Below, piece after piece: positions 19,857-30,361 of a stretch of DNA of 64,000 bases. How positions within the stretch are numbered: the first letter of the stretch is position 1; each line of letters starts with the position of its first letter. The stretch is taken from contig OZ244239.1 of NCBI GenBank assembly GCA_965217115.1, positions 352,001 through 416,000 on the forward strand, in the 5' to 3' direction. This stretch comes from Bdellovibrionales bacterium (GTDB lineage: Bacteria > Bdellovibrionota > Bdellovibrionia > Bdellovibrionales > CAYMLA01). Both the position numbers and the translations under genes were made by a program. Below the pieces are notes generated by a model. It saw only the letters and a list, made by a program, of their open reading frames with translations, searched no databases and was not told where the DNA came from.

Positions 19857-21680
19857 TTATTTTACTAGATTTTCCAGATTTTCCCGCACTTTTCCTAATT
19901 CTTGCTCCAGCTCCATCCACTTTTCCTCAGATTTCTCCAATAATATCTGAGACTCAGACAGGTCATCTAATATCTCTCTATGACCCCCCGCCATCGCCCT
20001 CTTATTTAATTCTTTTATCTGATGGTTCAGATGCTCCATTTCCCTGTTAGTCATCTTTAACTCTTTTTCTAATTCTCGCCGTCTCTTCTCCCATATCTTT
20101 TTCGACTCTTTGTAATTAAATTTTTTATCCATGGGATGACTCTCCCTTTCAGCCGTCATCTCTGCCTCTTCTGATGAAAGGGATGACAATAAACCCATAG
20201 CTCCCTTCTGCACGCTCCACACATATTCATCATAGTTCCCAGGGTAAAGACCTACTTCCCCGTCTCGTATCTCTAAAATTTTTTTCGCAACTCTCTTAAT
20301 AAAACTGCGGTCATGACTCACCACAACCACTGTGCCTTTATAAGCTTGTAGAGCCTGAGTCAAAGCCTCCACCGTGTAAAAATCTAAATGATTTGTCGGT
20401 TCATCGAGTAATAGAACTGGAGTTTTCTGTGCCAGTATTTGACCCAGAGCCACACGCGCTTTTTCTCCTCCAGACAGTAATACTATTTTTTTCTTCACAT
20501 CATCGCCAGAAAACATAAGAGCCCCTGCCAGATCTTTTAAGTCCTGTAACGTCATGTCAGTCGCGGCATAAGTCCCCAGAGACTCCAGTACAGTGTCTTC
20601 ACCTAATAAATATTCACTCACATGTTGTGCAAAGTATCCTACTTTCATTCCCTCACTTATTTTCACGTCGCCCTTTAATGGTTTTAATAACTGGGCCAGG
20701 GACTTTAACAATGTGGATTTACCTGCACCATTGAAACCCACAACTCCAATATGATCTCCTTTTTGAATTTCAAGGGAGACGTTTGAGAGGACCACATTCT
20801 GATCGTAACCGAGGTCTGTACTGTTTAATTTTATAAGGATTCGACCAAAATGAGGTGGCTCTGGTAAATTGATTCTCGCCTTAACTGATAAGGGCCTTAC
20901 CTCTACTTTTTGCAATTTACCCATTTGCTTTAACCGCGATTGCACTTGTTTTGCTTTTGTCGCCTTCGCTCCAAATTTAGCCGCAAAATCCTGAATCTGC
21001 TTGCGCTTTGCCTGAACCTTAAGTGCTTTTTTTTCTATGAGCTCTCTCAACTGAGATTTTTGCTCAAAGTAATCATCAATATGTCCGCTAAATTTACAAA
21101 CATCCCCCTGTTCAATTTCTAAAATATGATCTGTCGTTCTTTTTAAAAATTCACGGTCGTGGGAGATGAGCAAAAATGCACCTTGAAAATCAATTAAGAA
21201 ACTCTCAAGGATTATTAATGTTTCCAAATCCAAATAGTTTGTCGGTTCATCCAAAAGCATCACATTAGGTTCCTGACCAATTAACGCCAGCAACTTGCAA
21301 CGCATACGATAACCGCCACTGAGACTTTGCACGGGTGAAGAAAACATCTCTTCACTTAATCCCAAGCCCTTACCTATTTTTTTCAAATTCCAAACAGGAA
21401 GAGAGCTACCCTGAACAATATAATCTTCCACTGTCTCCCTTGGTCCCCAGTTAACCTCTTGGGCTAAATAACCCAGGCGCAGTTGACGGGATTGGACCAC
21501 CTGTCCGACATCCAACTCTTCTTCACCAATAAGAATTTTAAATAAAGTTGTTTTTCCTGCTCCATTGGGGCCGATGACACCAATGTGCTCCCCTTCATTG
21601 ACAGAAAATCTAATATCTTCAAACAAATATCTTCCACCATAAGCTTTGCTTCCATTTTGCAGTTGAATCAAATTAGACAT
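19857..21680 (-). CDS. ABC-F family ATPase (Uup/YheS-like)
   Basis: Two ABC domains (GPNGAGKT, GFNGAGKS, LSGG, LLDEPTN), no TM, C-terminal coiled coil; start set at MSNL. Confidence 0.95.
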   Translation of the reverse strand: MSNLIQLQNGSKAYGGRYLFEDIRFSVNEGEHIGVIGPNGAGKTTLFKILIGEEELDVGQVVQSRQLRLGYLAQEVNWGPRETVEDYIVQGSSLPVWNLKKIGKGLGLSEEMFSSPVQSLSGGYRMRCKLLALIGQEPNVMLLDEPTNYLDLETLIILESFLIDFQGAFLLISHDREFLKRTTDHILEIEQGDVCKFSGHIDDYFEQKSQLRELIEKKALKVQAKRKQIQDFAAKFGAKATKAKQVQSRLKQMGKLQKVEVRPLSVKARINLPEPPHFGRILIKLNSTDLGYDQNVVLSNVSLEIQKGDHIGVVGFNGAGKSTLLKSLAQLLKPLKGDVKISEGMKVGYFAQHVSEYLLGEDTVLESLGTYAATDMTLQDLKDLAGALMFSGDDVKKKIVLLSGGEKARVALGQILAQKTPVLLLDEPTNHLDFYTVEALTQALQAYKGTVVVVSHDRSFIKRVAKKILEIRDGEVGLYPGNYDEYVWSVQKGAMGLLSSLSSEEAEMTAERESHPMDKKFNYKESKKIWEKRRRELEKELKMTNREMEHLNHQIKELNKRAMAGGHREILDDLSESQILLEKSEEKWMELEQELGKVRENLENLVK

Positions 21681-21880
21681 CGATACAAATTGCCAGTCTC
21701 CCACCTTTTTGACCACTACATCTTTAAGTCTTTTAAAAAAATGGCGCGTTAAGTTATCTCCCCTCTTCACTTTGTCTTGAGGCTTTTACGTTGACTTATT
21801 TGGGCCAGGCTGCGATTCATTATAAACTTTAGTTTGTGGGAGTCTATGTGGGCTCTATATCTTTTAAAAAGGAGTTATTT

Positions 21881-22309
21881 ATGTCTGGAGTGAACAAAGT
21901 CATTATTGTAGGACGCTTAGGTGTTGATCCTGAAGTTAAGACTGTTACAAGTGGGCAAACCGTTACCCGTCTAAGTGTCGCTACAAGCGAAAACTGGACA
22001 GACAAAGAAGGCAATCGCCAGGAACGCACTGAGTGGCATCGTATTGTCGTTTGGGGAAAACTCGCTGATATTTGTGGCAAGTATCTCGCCAAGGGAAGAG
22101 AAGTCTATGCCGAGGGTCGTTTGCAAACACGTTCTTGGGAGGACCAGCAAGGACAAAAGCGTTACACAACAGAGATCGTTGCCAATACGATTCAGTTTAT
22201 CGGTGGTAAATCCGATTACCGTGAAGATTCTAATACTCAAAGTACAAATGACGTTGGTGATTTTGGCCCCGAACCAACTTTTAATACCACTGAAGAAATT
22301 CCATTCTAG
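21881..22309 (+). CDS. ssb: Single-stranded DNA-binding protein
   Basis: [19 protein letters not shown]-terminal EIPF; AAGGAG SD. Confidence 0.98.
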   Translation: MSGVNKVIIVGRLGVDPEVKTVTSGQTVTRLSVATSENWTDKEGNRQERTEWHRIVVWGKLADICGKYLAKGREVYAEGRLQTRSWEDQQGQKRYTTEIVANTIQFIGGKSDYREDSNTQSTNDVGDFGPEPTFNTTEEIPF

Positions 22310-22411
22310 GTTTTACGATTCAACTTATATCATAAAATGTTTTCATTTAATTGCGACGACCACTCACTGTTTGAGTGGTCGTGGTGATTGATGACATTAC
22401 TTTCAATATGT

Positions 22412-23296
22412 CTAGTGACTCGCCTCGTGGGACACTTCATCGGCTTGTAGATTCTCGCCATGTCGATAACGGTCGACCAGAGATTTATCCTTCGTGGGAA
22501 ATGAGAAGAGAAGGGCATGCATATTCGACTCCTCATCTTCTTGAGTCACAACAATATAATGAAGATCCTCAACCCCCTCATCTGGGTGTTCCTTAATAAA
22601 AGACACTAAAATATTACCACTTAAATCTGTGTTACGCCAAATCTCATCCGCCGCTTCTATGGTCTGATGACGGAGGGATGAAAATTGACGGTAATCTTCA
22701 TCAGGGATATCACTCTCACTACGCAGAGTGAGCATTGCTTTAAAAAGACCGACAGATAGAAAATCACCCTCTCCCAAAGCATCCCCTTCAAGGGAGGCAA
22801 ATTCAATTTGTTCAAAATCTTGATCAAATATCAATTCACCGGCACAGTATGTATCTAAAAATTCAATGTCTTTTGTTGGGAAATGCAAATAGACAAAAGT
22901 TGGAAGGTCATTGGTCAAATAAGCCGTCACGACATAAGAAAATTTCTTTCCATTAACTTCACACTTAGAGACAAAATGATTTAAAATTTCCCCTTCAACA
23001 GTGAAAGTATCTTCCCATACCTCATCAGGATAATCTAAAGTCGCATTCAAGTATTTCTCATACTTTTCATGATCTTCAACAGAGATATCTGTATCAGAGC
23101 GTAGGGAAAAGAACTTCTTCTCCAGTACGTCAACAACGGGTCTAAAGTATTCAAGTAAGTCTTCCTCTGTAGAGAAGATCAACCCTTTGCCTTCATCAAT
23201 CACAATGGTCTCTGCGTCTAGATCAACCACAGAATTGCTAGCCTTCTTTTTTGCTTTCATCTTTAACTGTGGAGGTTTCTTTTTAGGGGGCGACAT
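22412..23296 (-). CDS. Hypothetical protein with two tandem homologous domains (PBECR2-like fold suspected)
   Basis: TLDYPDEVW...FPTKD...Y..GE repeated as TIEAADEIW...FPTKD...YRHGE. Confidence 0.7.
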   Translation of the reverse strand: MSPPKKKPPQLKMKAKKKASNSVVDLDAETIVIDEGKGLIFSTEEDLLEYFRPVVDVLEKKFFSLRSDTDISVEDHEKYEKYLNATLDYPDEVWEDTFTVEGEILNHFVSKCEVNGKKFSYVVTAYLTNDLPTFVYLHFPTKDIEFLDTYCAGELIFDQDFEQIEFASLEGDALGEGDFLSVGLFKAMLTLRSESDIPDEDYRQFSSLRHQTIEAADEIWRNTDLSGNILVSFIKEHPDEGVEDLHYIVVTQEDEESNMHALLFSFPTKDKSLVDRYRHGENLQADEVSHEASH

Positions 23297-23367
23297 AGAC
23301 GCTAACTGTACTGATAAACAATCAACATTCCACGTCCTGCCATGTCATTTATAGAATGCTTAAGCTT

Positions 23368-23556
23368 TTATTCCTTAGTTTCAACCGAGGGCTGAATCTC
23401 TCTTAGCATAAAGGTCAAACGACCTGTGAGGTCTTCTAGATGTTCAACTGTCTGGGTGAAACCCTCAAGAATATCTATGACAGGCTCAATCTGAACAGAA
23501 GTTTCTATTCTATCAGCAACTGTCGTCTTATTTATCAATCCATCCGTTAAATCCAA
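23368..23556 (-). CDS. Small hypothetical protein
   Basis: GAGGTG SD before TTG; amphipathic helix LEDL..RL.FMLREI. Confidence 0.55.
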   Translation of the reverse strand: MDLTDGLINKTTVADRIETSVQIEPVIDILEGFTQTVEHLEDLTGRLTFMLREIQPSVETKE

Positions 23557-23699
23557 AGTTCACCTCATCAAGATTTAGACCTAGTCTATACATACTCGGC
23601 CAAGCAACAACTTAAATTATCTTACAAACTGAGTTTTTATGTCGTTTTCCTCCTGGAAAGGGCTCAATTTGTAAAATTGACACTTCCTTTTAAAAAAAA

Positions 23700-24350
23700 T
23701 CAGTATTCACAACTCAGAGACTCCCTATCCCCTTCTGGGATATTCCTACGAATCTCACCTTTTTCCAGTCTCCAGCTCATCACACTGCCAATCAATGAAT
23801 CATTGTGGGCTAAGCCCAATACATGGCCCAATTCATGGACCATCAAACTCTCAAAATCGACCTTTTGAACATCCACAGACTCTCCAAAAGAGTACCGATA
23901 GTTCCTGCCATTGACTTTAATATCAGCCTCTTTTATCTCGTCTCCCCGCCAATGTGTGCCTGTCACAGCCTGTTTGCTATCACTGCTGTCCCAATTAAGG
24001 AGATAATAGATGACTGAGTACCCATCTTTGCGAGGGCGATTCTCTCCTTCCACATAGCCAGAAATAGTAAATATCTGACGACCAATAACCTCTTTCCATC
24101 TCTCCATAGCACGTTCCAAAGCTGGTATGAGCACCCTAGGAAAGCTCTCATGCATGTACAGTTCAATAGGAGCACCTGAATTCCAGGACACTCTCTCATC
24201 ATAGTTATTCAAAACAAAATTACAGGGCTCCTCACCACGCTTCTGCCCACAGGCCTGTACAAGAAGAGTGATCACCATCACAACTCCTAAGACCCATTTC
24301 CCCTTTAGAATTTTTATTCCACCTATCCTCATAGGCATATGATAAGGCAA
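23700..24350 (-). CDS. Matrixin/M10 family zinc metalloprotease, probable lipoprotein (true start likely downstream)
   Basis: HELGHVLGLAH zinc motif, SVM Met-turn, EADI motif, LVQAC lipobox. Confidence 0.9.
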   Translation of the reverse strand: MPYHMPMRIGGIKILKGKWVLGVVMVITLLVQACGQKRGEEPCNFVLNNYDERVSWNSGAPIELYMHESFPRVLIPALERAMERWKEVIGRQIFTISGYVEGENRPRKDGYSVIYYLLNWDSSDSKQAVTGTHWRGDEIKEADIKVNGRNYRYSFGESVDVQKVDFESLMVHELGHVLGLAHNDSLIGSVMSWRLEKGEIRRNIPEGDRESLSCEY

Positions 24351-24361
24351 GGACGATACCA
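24346..24361 (-). promoter_or_regulatory. Candidate sigma54 promoter
   Basis: Minus strand TGGTATCGTCCTTGCC (GG-N10-GC). Confidence 0.5.
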
Positions 24362-24988
24362 GTTAGATTTGGCCCATGGAAAAGCCCCCAAGCTACTGAT
24401 TATAATTGCCTTTTATCAAATTCAAAATAACCCAGCTAAAACGACCATTTGTCATAAAATAACACTGATCTAGATAAATAAACCTCAAAAACACTTCAAG
24501 TGCTTGATTTTAAAGTGTTTTCCATGTGTCTATTTTCTAATCATGGCAGTAACAAGATAAGACCCCCGCCATCCAGAGTGGTATTTACCATAAGACATCC
24601 TAATAGTAGTGCCTATATGTCCCTAAAAAATAGCTCTCCCCAGATAATCCCCCGTTTTATTTATTTAGAGAGGGTCTCATTGCAGCTCAAGAACTATCAT
24701 GACACCAAGAAACATGGCCCTATCCTTGCTCAAGTTATAAAGCAACATACCAGCTCACCCACGATCGTGGATTTCTAGAAGAGCTACACGGCCCACCAAA
24801 CCATCCCACCACCACCGGATGAAGCTAAAAAGCTTCCTCTCCGGCCTCGTCTGATGGTCAGTCATATATTAAGCCTTTGAAAAGCATGGAACCTTCTAAG
24901 TCTCTTTACCAACCCATAAACCCATGGTAATGACACATACAAACACATCCTTTGTGAATTGTAACAATTGCCCTCCAGGAGAATCTTA

Positions 24989-27934
24989 ATGGATGATTTT
25001 CAAAAGCAAATTCTTCAATACGGTCAGGGCATTTTTAAGAGAGCTTCGGAACAATCATCAGGCTCCATCTTTAACAGAGACTGGTGGTATGGAAAGGTCA
25101 TGGAATGGAGCATGAAGAATGGGCAGTTTAAAACACAAATGTTTCGTTTTGTTGATGTGCTCCCCTATCTCAACTCCAGTTCTGAAGTTGCCAAACATTT
25201 AAAAGAATATTTTGGTGAAGGCGGCGAAGAGTTTCCCGCTATCTTTAATAAGGGCGTTGCCCTTGGTTCACTCACACCTGGTCTTATGGCAGGAGCCATT
25301 CGTAAAAATGTCACTCAAATGGCTAAACTCTTTATCACTGGAGAAACACCCAAGAAAGCTCTCCCTCTTCTTAGAAAACAACGGCAAGATCATATCGCCT
25401 TTACCGCCGATCTTCTTGGCGAAGCGACTCTTTCAGAAAAAGAGGCCACTGATTATCAAAACCGTTACCTCGAACTAATCTCATGCCTCAGTAAAGACGC
25501 AAAAAACTGGGCCCATCTTGAACAAATAGATACTGACCACCGAGGAGATATTCCCAAGGTCAACGTCTCTATCAAAATCAGCACCCTCTATTCACAAATA
25601 AATAGTAAGTCATGGGCCGAGTCTAAAAAGCATATTAAAGAACGCCTCCGACCTATCATGAACATGGCTCTTGAGGAGAATGTCTTTATCAATATAGATA
25701 TGGAAGATTATTCTCTTAAACACATCACCATCGAAATTTTTAAAGAACTCATCAATGAAGAAAAATATCTTCAATATCCCCATTGGGGAATCGTGATACA
25801 AGCTTACCTAAGAGATTCTTTGACAGACATTCAAGATCTCTGTGTTTTTGCCTCTCAAAGAGGGACTCCATTCACTGTTAGGCTGGTCAAAGGAGCCTAT
25901 TGGGATTATGAAACTATTCACGCAGCTCAACAGAATTGGCCAACCCCTGTCTACACTATCAAAAAAGAGTCTGATGCTAACTATGAAAGATGCGGTCGCT
26001 ATCTGTTAGATCAACATCTCCATATTAAAGTCGCTTTTGGCTCTCACAATATCAGATCTCTGGCAGCCATGATGGCCTATGCTGAAAACAAAAAATTAGA
26101 GAAATCCAGTTTTGAAATTCAAATGCTCTACGGAATGGCCGATCATTTCAAAAAAAGTATTTCTGACATGGGCTATCGTGTGCGCGAATACGCAACCATT
26201 GGTGATCTCATTCCTGGTATGGCTTACCTTGTGCGAAGACTTTTAGAGAACTCCTCTAATGAGTCTTTCTTAAGACATAATCTCTCTTCTGATCACTCCA
26301 GCCAAGAACTCCTCGCATCTCCCGAAGAGAACCTCTCTGTGTCATCGGAGAAAACAACTCTTAATTTAGAACAATTCTACAATGAGCCTCTCCTTGACTG
26401 GGTTATTGAGGAAAACAGAACATCCCTGACCCATGCTTTAAATAATTTCCAAGCCAAAGAGTTTCAACTTGTTATCAACAATAAAAACATCAAAACCTCA
26501 CAAATCATTGATCGCCTGAACCCCTCACATCCACAGGAATCTGTGGCTAAAATTCATTTTGCAGACACAGACAATGCAGACTTGGCAATACAAACTGCAA
26601 AAGAGGCTCTTTCCACTTGGAAGAGAACAACCATCGAGGAACGAGCTGAAATCATTGAAAAGCTGATCCAACAAATAATAGAAAGACGTTTTGAACTCAT
26701 TGCCCTAGAAATTAAAGAAGTGGGTAAGCCCTGGGCAGAAGCCGATGGCGACATCACTGAGGCCATTGATTTTTGTCGTTATTATCTTAAAGAGATGAGA
26801 AAACTCTCACAGCCAAAACGAGTCGGTCACGCACCTGGAGAATTGAGTCATTATATCTATCAGGCAAGAGGTGTGACCGCCGTCATCGCCCCGTGGAATT
26901 TCCCTCTAGCAATCCTCACAGGAATGGTCTCGGCCTCTATTATTACTGGTAACACTGTTGTTATGAAACCCGCCGAGCAAAGCTCCGCCATTGCTGGTGA
27001 ACTTATGAATATGCTTATCGCGGCGGGACTTCCCCCAGGAGTCGTTAATTATCTGCCTGGCTACGGAGAGACAGTGGGTGAATATTTAGTAAACCATAAA
27101 GACATCTCTCTTATCACTTTCACTGGTTCAAAAGATGTCGGCCTGCGCATCATTAAACAAGCAAGCCGAGTGCAGCCAGGACAAGAACACGTCAAACATT
27201 GTATCACCGAAATGGGCGGTAAAAATGCTCTCATTATTGACTCTGATGCCGATCTTGATGAAGCTGTGGCAGCCACTATATATTCTGTTTTTGGTTTCCA
27301 GGGACAGAAGTGTTCAGCATGTAGCCGTGTCATTGTTCTTGCTGATAATTACGACCGCTTCCTTCAGAGACTCTTAGAGGGAACCAAAAGTATCAAAGTG
27401 CGCTCTGCAGAAGACCCTGAAGCCTTTGTCGGTCCAGTCATCGATCAACAAGCCAAAATAAATATCTTAAAATTTATCGAGCAGGGGAAAAAAGAAGCCA
27501 CTCTACTCTATCAAGGGGAAACACCTAGCGAGGGTTACTTCATCCCTCCGACTATTTTCACTGACGTTAATCCTAAATCTTACATTGCTCAAAATGAAGC
27601 TTTTGGCCCTGTGCTGGCTATAACTCAAGCTCACTCAATAGAAGAAGCTGTCAATATTGCCAATGGCAGCCAGTACGCCCTTACTGGCGGTGTCTTCTCC
27701 CGTAGCCCATCTAATATTGAATATGTAAAACTTAATTTAGAAGTCGGTAATCTCTATATCAATCGCAGTATCACAGGGGCCATGGTTGATCGACATCCTT
27801 TCGGTGGATACAAGATGTCGGGAATCGGTCATAAAACAGGTAGCCCTGATTATTTACAACAATTCCTAGAGTCCAAAGTCATTATCGAAAACACGGTCAG
27901 AAGAGGTTTTGCCCCTGAAGAGGAGGTTATTTAA
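24989..27934 (+). CDS. putA: Bifunctional proline dehydrogenase / P5C dehydrogenase
   Basis: RLVKGAYWD, YLVRRLLEN, PWNFP, EMGGKN, GQKCSAC; AGGAG SD. Confidence 0.97.
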   Translation: MDDFQKQILQYGQGIFKRASEQSSGSIFNRDWWYGKVMEWSMKNGQFKTQMFRFVDVLPYLNSSSEVAKHLKEYFGEGGEEFPAIFNKGVALGSLTPGLMAGAIRKNVTQMAKLFITGETPKKALPLLRKQRQDHIAFTADLLGEATLSEKEATDYQNRYLELISCLSKDAKNWAHLEQIDTDHRGDIPKVNVSIKISTLYSQINSKSWAESKKHIKERLRPIMNMALEENVFINIDMEDYSLKHITIEIFKELINEEKYLQYPHWGIVIQAYLRDSLTDIQDLCVFASQRGTPFTVRLVKGAYWDYETIHAAQQNWPTPVYTIKKESDANYERCGRYLLDQHLHIKVAFGSHNIRSLAAMMAYAENKKLEKSSFEIQMLYGMADHFKKSISDMGYRVREYATIGDLIPGMAYLVRRLLENSSNESFLRHNLSSDHSSQELLASPEENLSVSSEKTTLNLEQFYNEPLLDWVIEENRTSLTHALNNFQAKEFQLVINNKNIKTSQIIDRLNPSHPQESVAKIHFADTDNADLAIQTAKEALSTWKRTTIEERAEIIEKLIQQIIERRFELIALEIKEVGKPWAEADGDITEAIDFCRYYLKEMRKLSQPKRVGHAPGELSHYIYQARGVTAVIAPWNFPLAILTGMVSASIITGNTVVMKPAEQSSAIAGELMNMLIAAGLPPGVVNYLPGYGETVGEYLVNHKDISLITFTGSKDVGLRIIKQASRVQPGQEHVKHCITEMGGKNALIIDSDADLDEAVAATIYSVFGFQGQKCSACSRVIVLADNYDRFLQRLLEGTKSIKVRSAEDPEAFVGPVIDQQAKINILKFIEQGKKEATLLYQGETPSEGYFIPPTIFTDVNPKSYIAQNEAFGPVLAITQAHSIEEAVNIANGSQYALTGGVFSRSPSNIEYVKLNLEVGNLYINRSITGAMVDRHPFGGYKMSGIGHKTGSPDYLQQFLESKVIIENTVRRGFAPEEEVI

Positions 27935-28619
27935 TAACCATTGAGAGAAAACGTCCCTCAGTGTCCATATTAAATTCCACTTCAGCTATCACTTTCTCTC
28001 CATTATTTCTTAACTCATAGACCTCTTGAATTTTATTACCTACAACCAGATTCTCCTTCAACCGAACATCAGAAAAAGACACTGGCAATAGACTTTTATA
28101 TTTTCCTATGAACGCCTGACGATTAACAACATAATTAGGCGTTCCTATTCCAGAACTATCATTGAAATTAATCTTTTTGATTTTATTCCTCTCATAAGAT
28201 ATTGCGTATTTTCCCTCTAAATATCCAAATTGCAGCATTTCTTTCAGGTTTGGCTTACGACCAATACTGGCTATATCGCGCCCCGCTGCCACACGAGAAA
28301 CTCTCTCCGCAATTTCGTGTTCCCAACGTAGGTTTTTAATTCTCTGCTCAGAAGTTTTTGACAGACTCGCTAATGTTCTTCCAGGTTTTACACCGGCATT
28401 TAAATTATCCTCAAAACTTGAATTTAACACTGCCGTTCCCACGATAACAAAAGCCAATGATATCCCAGCTAAAATGCGTGTTCGAGTCAAATTTTTCTCT
28501 GTCTCTTCAACGAGCTCATTACTCGTCTTGCTTCGAGATGTTGGAAACAACAATAACTTTCCTTTTTCTTTAGAAACTTTCCTACTCACAACAAACCTCC
28601 AAAAGTAACACTCAAACAA
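27927..28619 (-). CDS. Hypothetical membrane-anchored protein
   Basis: One TM segment, R..AS repeats; start uncertain. Confidence 0.7.
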   Translation of the reverse strand: MFECYFWRFVVSRKVSKEKGKLLLFPTSRSKTSNELVEETEKNLTRTRILAGISLAFVIVGTAVLNSSFEDNLNAGVKPGRTLASLSKTSEQRIKNLRWEHEIAERVSRVAAGRDIASIGRKPNLKEMLQFGYLEGKYAISYERNKIKKINFNDSSGIGTPNYVVNRQAFIGKYKSLLPVSFSDVRLKENLVVGNKIQEVYELRNNGEKVIAEVEFNMDTEGRFLSMVIK

Positions 28620-28674
28620 GGGGTCTTCATCTCATACCTTATCAAGTTATTTTAAAAACGGATAAACCCCTAGC

Positions 28675-29100
28675 TTAAGCCGCCCTACGACGACGTGCCT
28701 GTGTGTGATCAATTTCGTACTGCTTCACTTTGCGATACAAGGTTGCCCGTCCAATTCCCAATGCCTTGGCGGCTTCAGTCAGATTTCCTCTAAACTCATA
28801 AATAGCCTCTTCTATTGCTACGCACTCCAATTGATTGATCGTTCTTACACGCAGATCATCTGATGATTTAAGAGGTTTAAATTGCAGAACCTTTGCCTCT
28901 TCATTCAAAGGGCTTGAACCTAGAGCCAACGATGGAACGCCAATCTTAACTTGATAACAAAATTCTTCTGTATCCAATCCTCTATTCCACTCTAGAGGAG
29001 AAAATACTTTAACAGACACTCCCTTAGGCTTCCAGAACTCTCGCGCATCATGTATTATCTTAGCATCATCTGAAACCAAGTAAAAAACTGAATATGACAT
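28675..29100 (-). CDS. Fis-type HTH protein without AAA+ domain
   Basis: C-terminal GNLTEAAKALGIGRATLYRK; GGAGG SD before 29100. Confidence 0.85.
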   Translation of the reverse strand: MSYSVFYLVSDDAKIIHDAREFWKPKGVSVKVFSPLEWNRGLDTEEFCYQVKIGVPSLALGSSPLNEEAKVLQFKPLKSSDDLRVRTINQLECVAIEEAIYEFRGNLTEAAKALGIGRATLYRKVKQYEIDHTQARRRRAA

Positions 29101-29156
29101 CAAAAACCTCCAAAAGTGGGACAAACTATATCTCAAAAAGATATACGCACATCTTC

Positions 29157-29183
29157 CTATCGGTGGATCAGACTGAGAATTTA
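29157..29183 (-). promoter_or_regulatory. Candidate sigma28 (FliA) promoter
   Basis: Minus strand TAAA-N15-ACCGATAG upstream of the Fis-HTH gene. Confidence 0.65.
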
Positions 29184-29301
29184 AGAAAAAAATATTTGAA
29201 TCTTGATCTCAACCCCAGGGGGGGAAGAGACTGTAAACTGTCGAACTTATATACAAAGGTCCGACCGGAGAGGCATGAAGTCGAATATACTGGCTAATAA
29301 A

Positions 29302-29793
29302 TTAGCGGCGACCAGATTTAATTTTAACCTGTATCTTAGCAATAAGATGGACGGCCATTTTTTCTTGAACACGACACATCTTTAACTCATCCTTGCGATA
29401 AGCTCTCTGACTAGGAGTCAAAGTACCCATTTCCAATTCCATTTCATAGTCTAACTTATTAGAACGAATTCCCTCTAGCTCCTTAGACTGTTGCTTAAAT
29501 ACTTTTTTAGCCATGCTTAGAGGTGCCACCTCAATCCATTCTTCCTTCGCCCTATACCAACTCACCATCCGTAAAAAACGGGCCTTGTTCTTAGCCAATG
29601 TGAACTTAGGAAAATCACCTTCTTCTAAGCTCAATATATTATCAATAGCATCTAGCTCAAAAGCATCCTCAACATCAGGGGTCGCCACTTCCGACAATAT
29701 CTCCTCAGTGGTGCCTAGACTAGTGGTACCTAGACTCTGTCCATCTAATTTATCTTCTAACTCTTCTTCATGATTAACAGTGTTGATTTCCAT
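29302..29793 (-). CDS. Hypothetical protein
   Basis: 163-aa ORF with acidic N-terminus and helical C-terminal domain. Confidence 0.75.
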   Translation of the reverse strand: MEINTVNHEEELEDKLDGQSLGTTSLGTTEEILSEVATPDVEDAFELDAIDNILSLEEGDFPKFTLAKNKARFLRMVSWYRAKEEWIEVAPLSMAKKVFKQQSKELEGIRSNKLDYEMELEMGTLTPSQRAYRKDELKMCRVQEKMAVHLIAKIQVKIKSGRR

Positions 29794-29980
29794 GGTGAGT
29801 CTATCTCCTCTTCTCTAAACTGTTCAACAAATGAGCAAACTATAGCACAAAGGTTATGTCCTTATATAATATTCCATTTTAAAATGCAATGAGTCACTTG
29901 TTTCGTCTTAGAACTACCTACTTTTTACCATTTGGTTTTATATAAAATACAGAGCCCCTATAAAATCAAATGAAGACTAT

Positions 29981-30361
29981 TTATTTTGATAAATTCCAAC
30001 CTAGCCAACAAAAGGCGATACTCAGGGTATTATTGAGTAGGATATTTAGCAATGCTTTTACAACAACACCCTCTTGCAACAGTCTTAAAGTCTCAAAACT
30101 AAAACTGGAAAATGTTGTTAGAGCCCCCAAAAGGCCAATCATTACAGCCCACTTCCACTCTGAGTTCTCAACTGTTGCTCTCTCAGCCAAGGGAAAGAGG
30201 AATCCTATGGAAAAGGCCCCAATAACATTCACCAACAGAGTTGACACTGGGAACCCACCAAAAGCAGGAACCCATCTGCCCATCACGTAGCGGAGAAGAA
30301 CTCCCACACCACCTAAAATAAAAAGCAATACATAAAAGCTTAGACTGCCTCTCAAGCCCAT
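29981..30361 (-). CDS. crcB: Fluoride channel FluC/CrcB
   Basis: GG.G..LRY, TL.VN.IG.F and G.LGALTTFSSF motifs. Confidence 0.95.
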   Translation of the reverse strand: MGLRGSLSFYVLLFILGGVGVLLRYVMGRWVPAFGGFPVSTLLVNVIGAFSIGFLFPLAERATVENSEWKWAVMIGLLGALTTFSSFSFETLRLLQEGVVVKALLNILLNNTLSIAFCWLGWNLSK

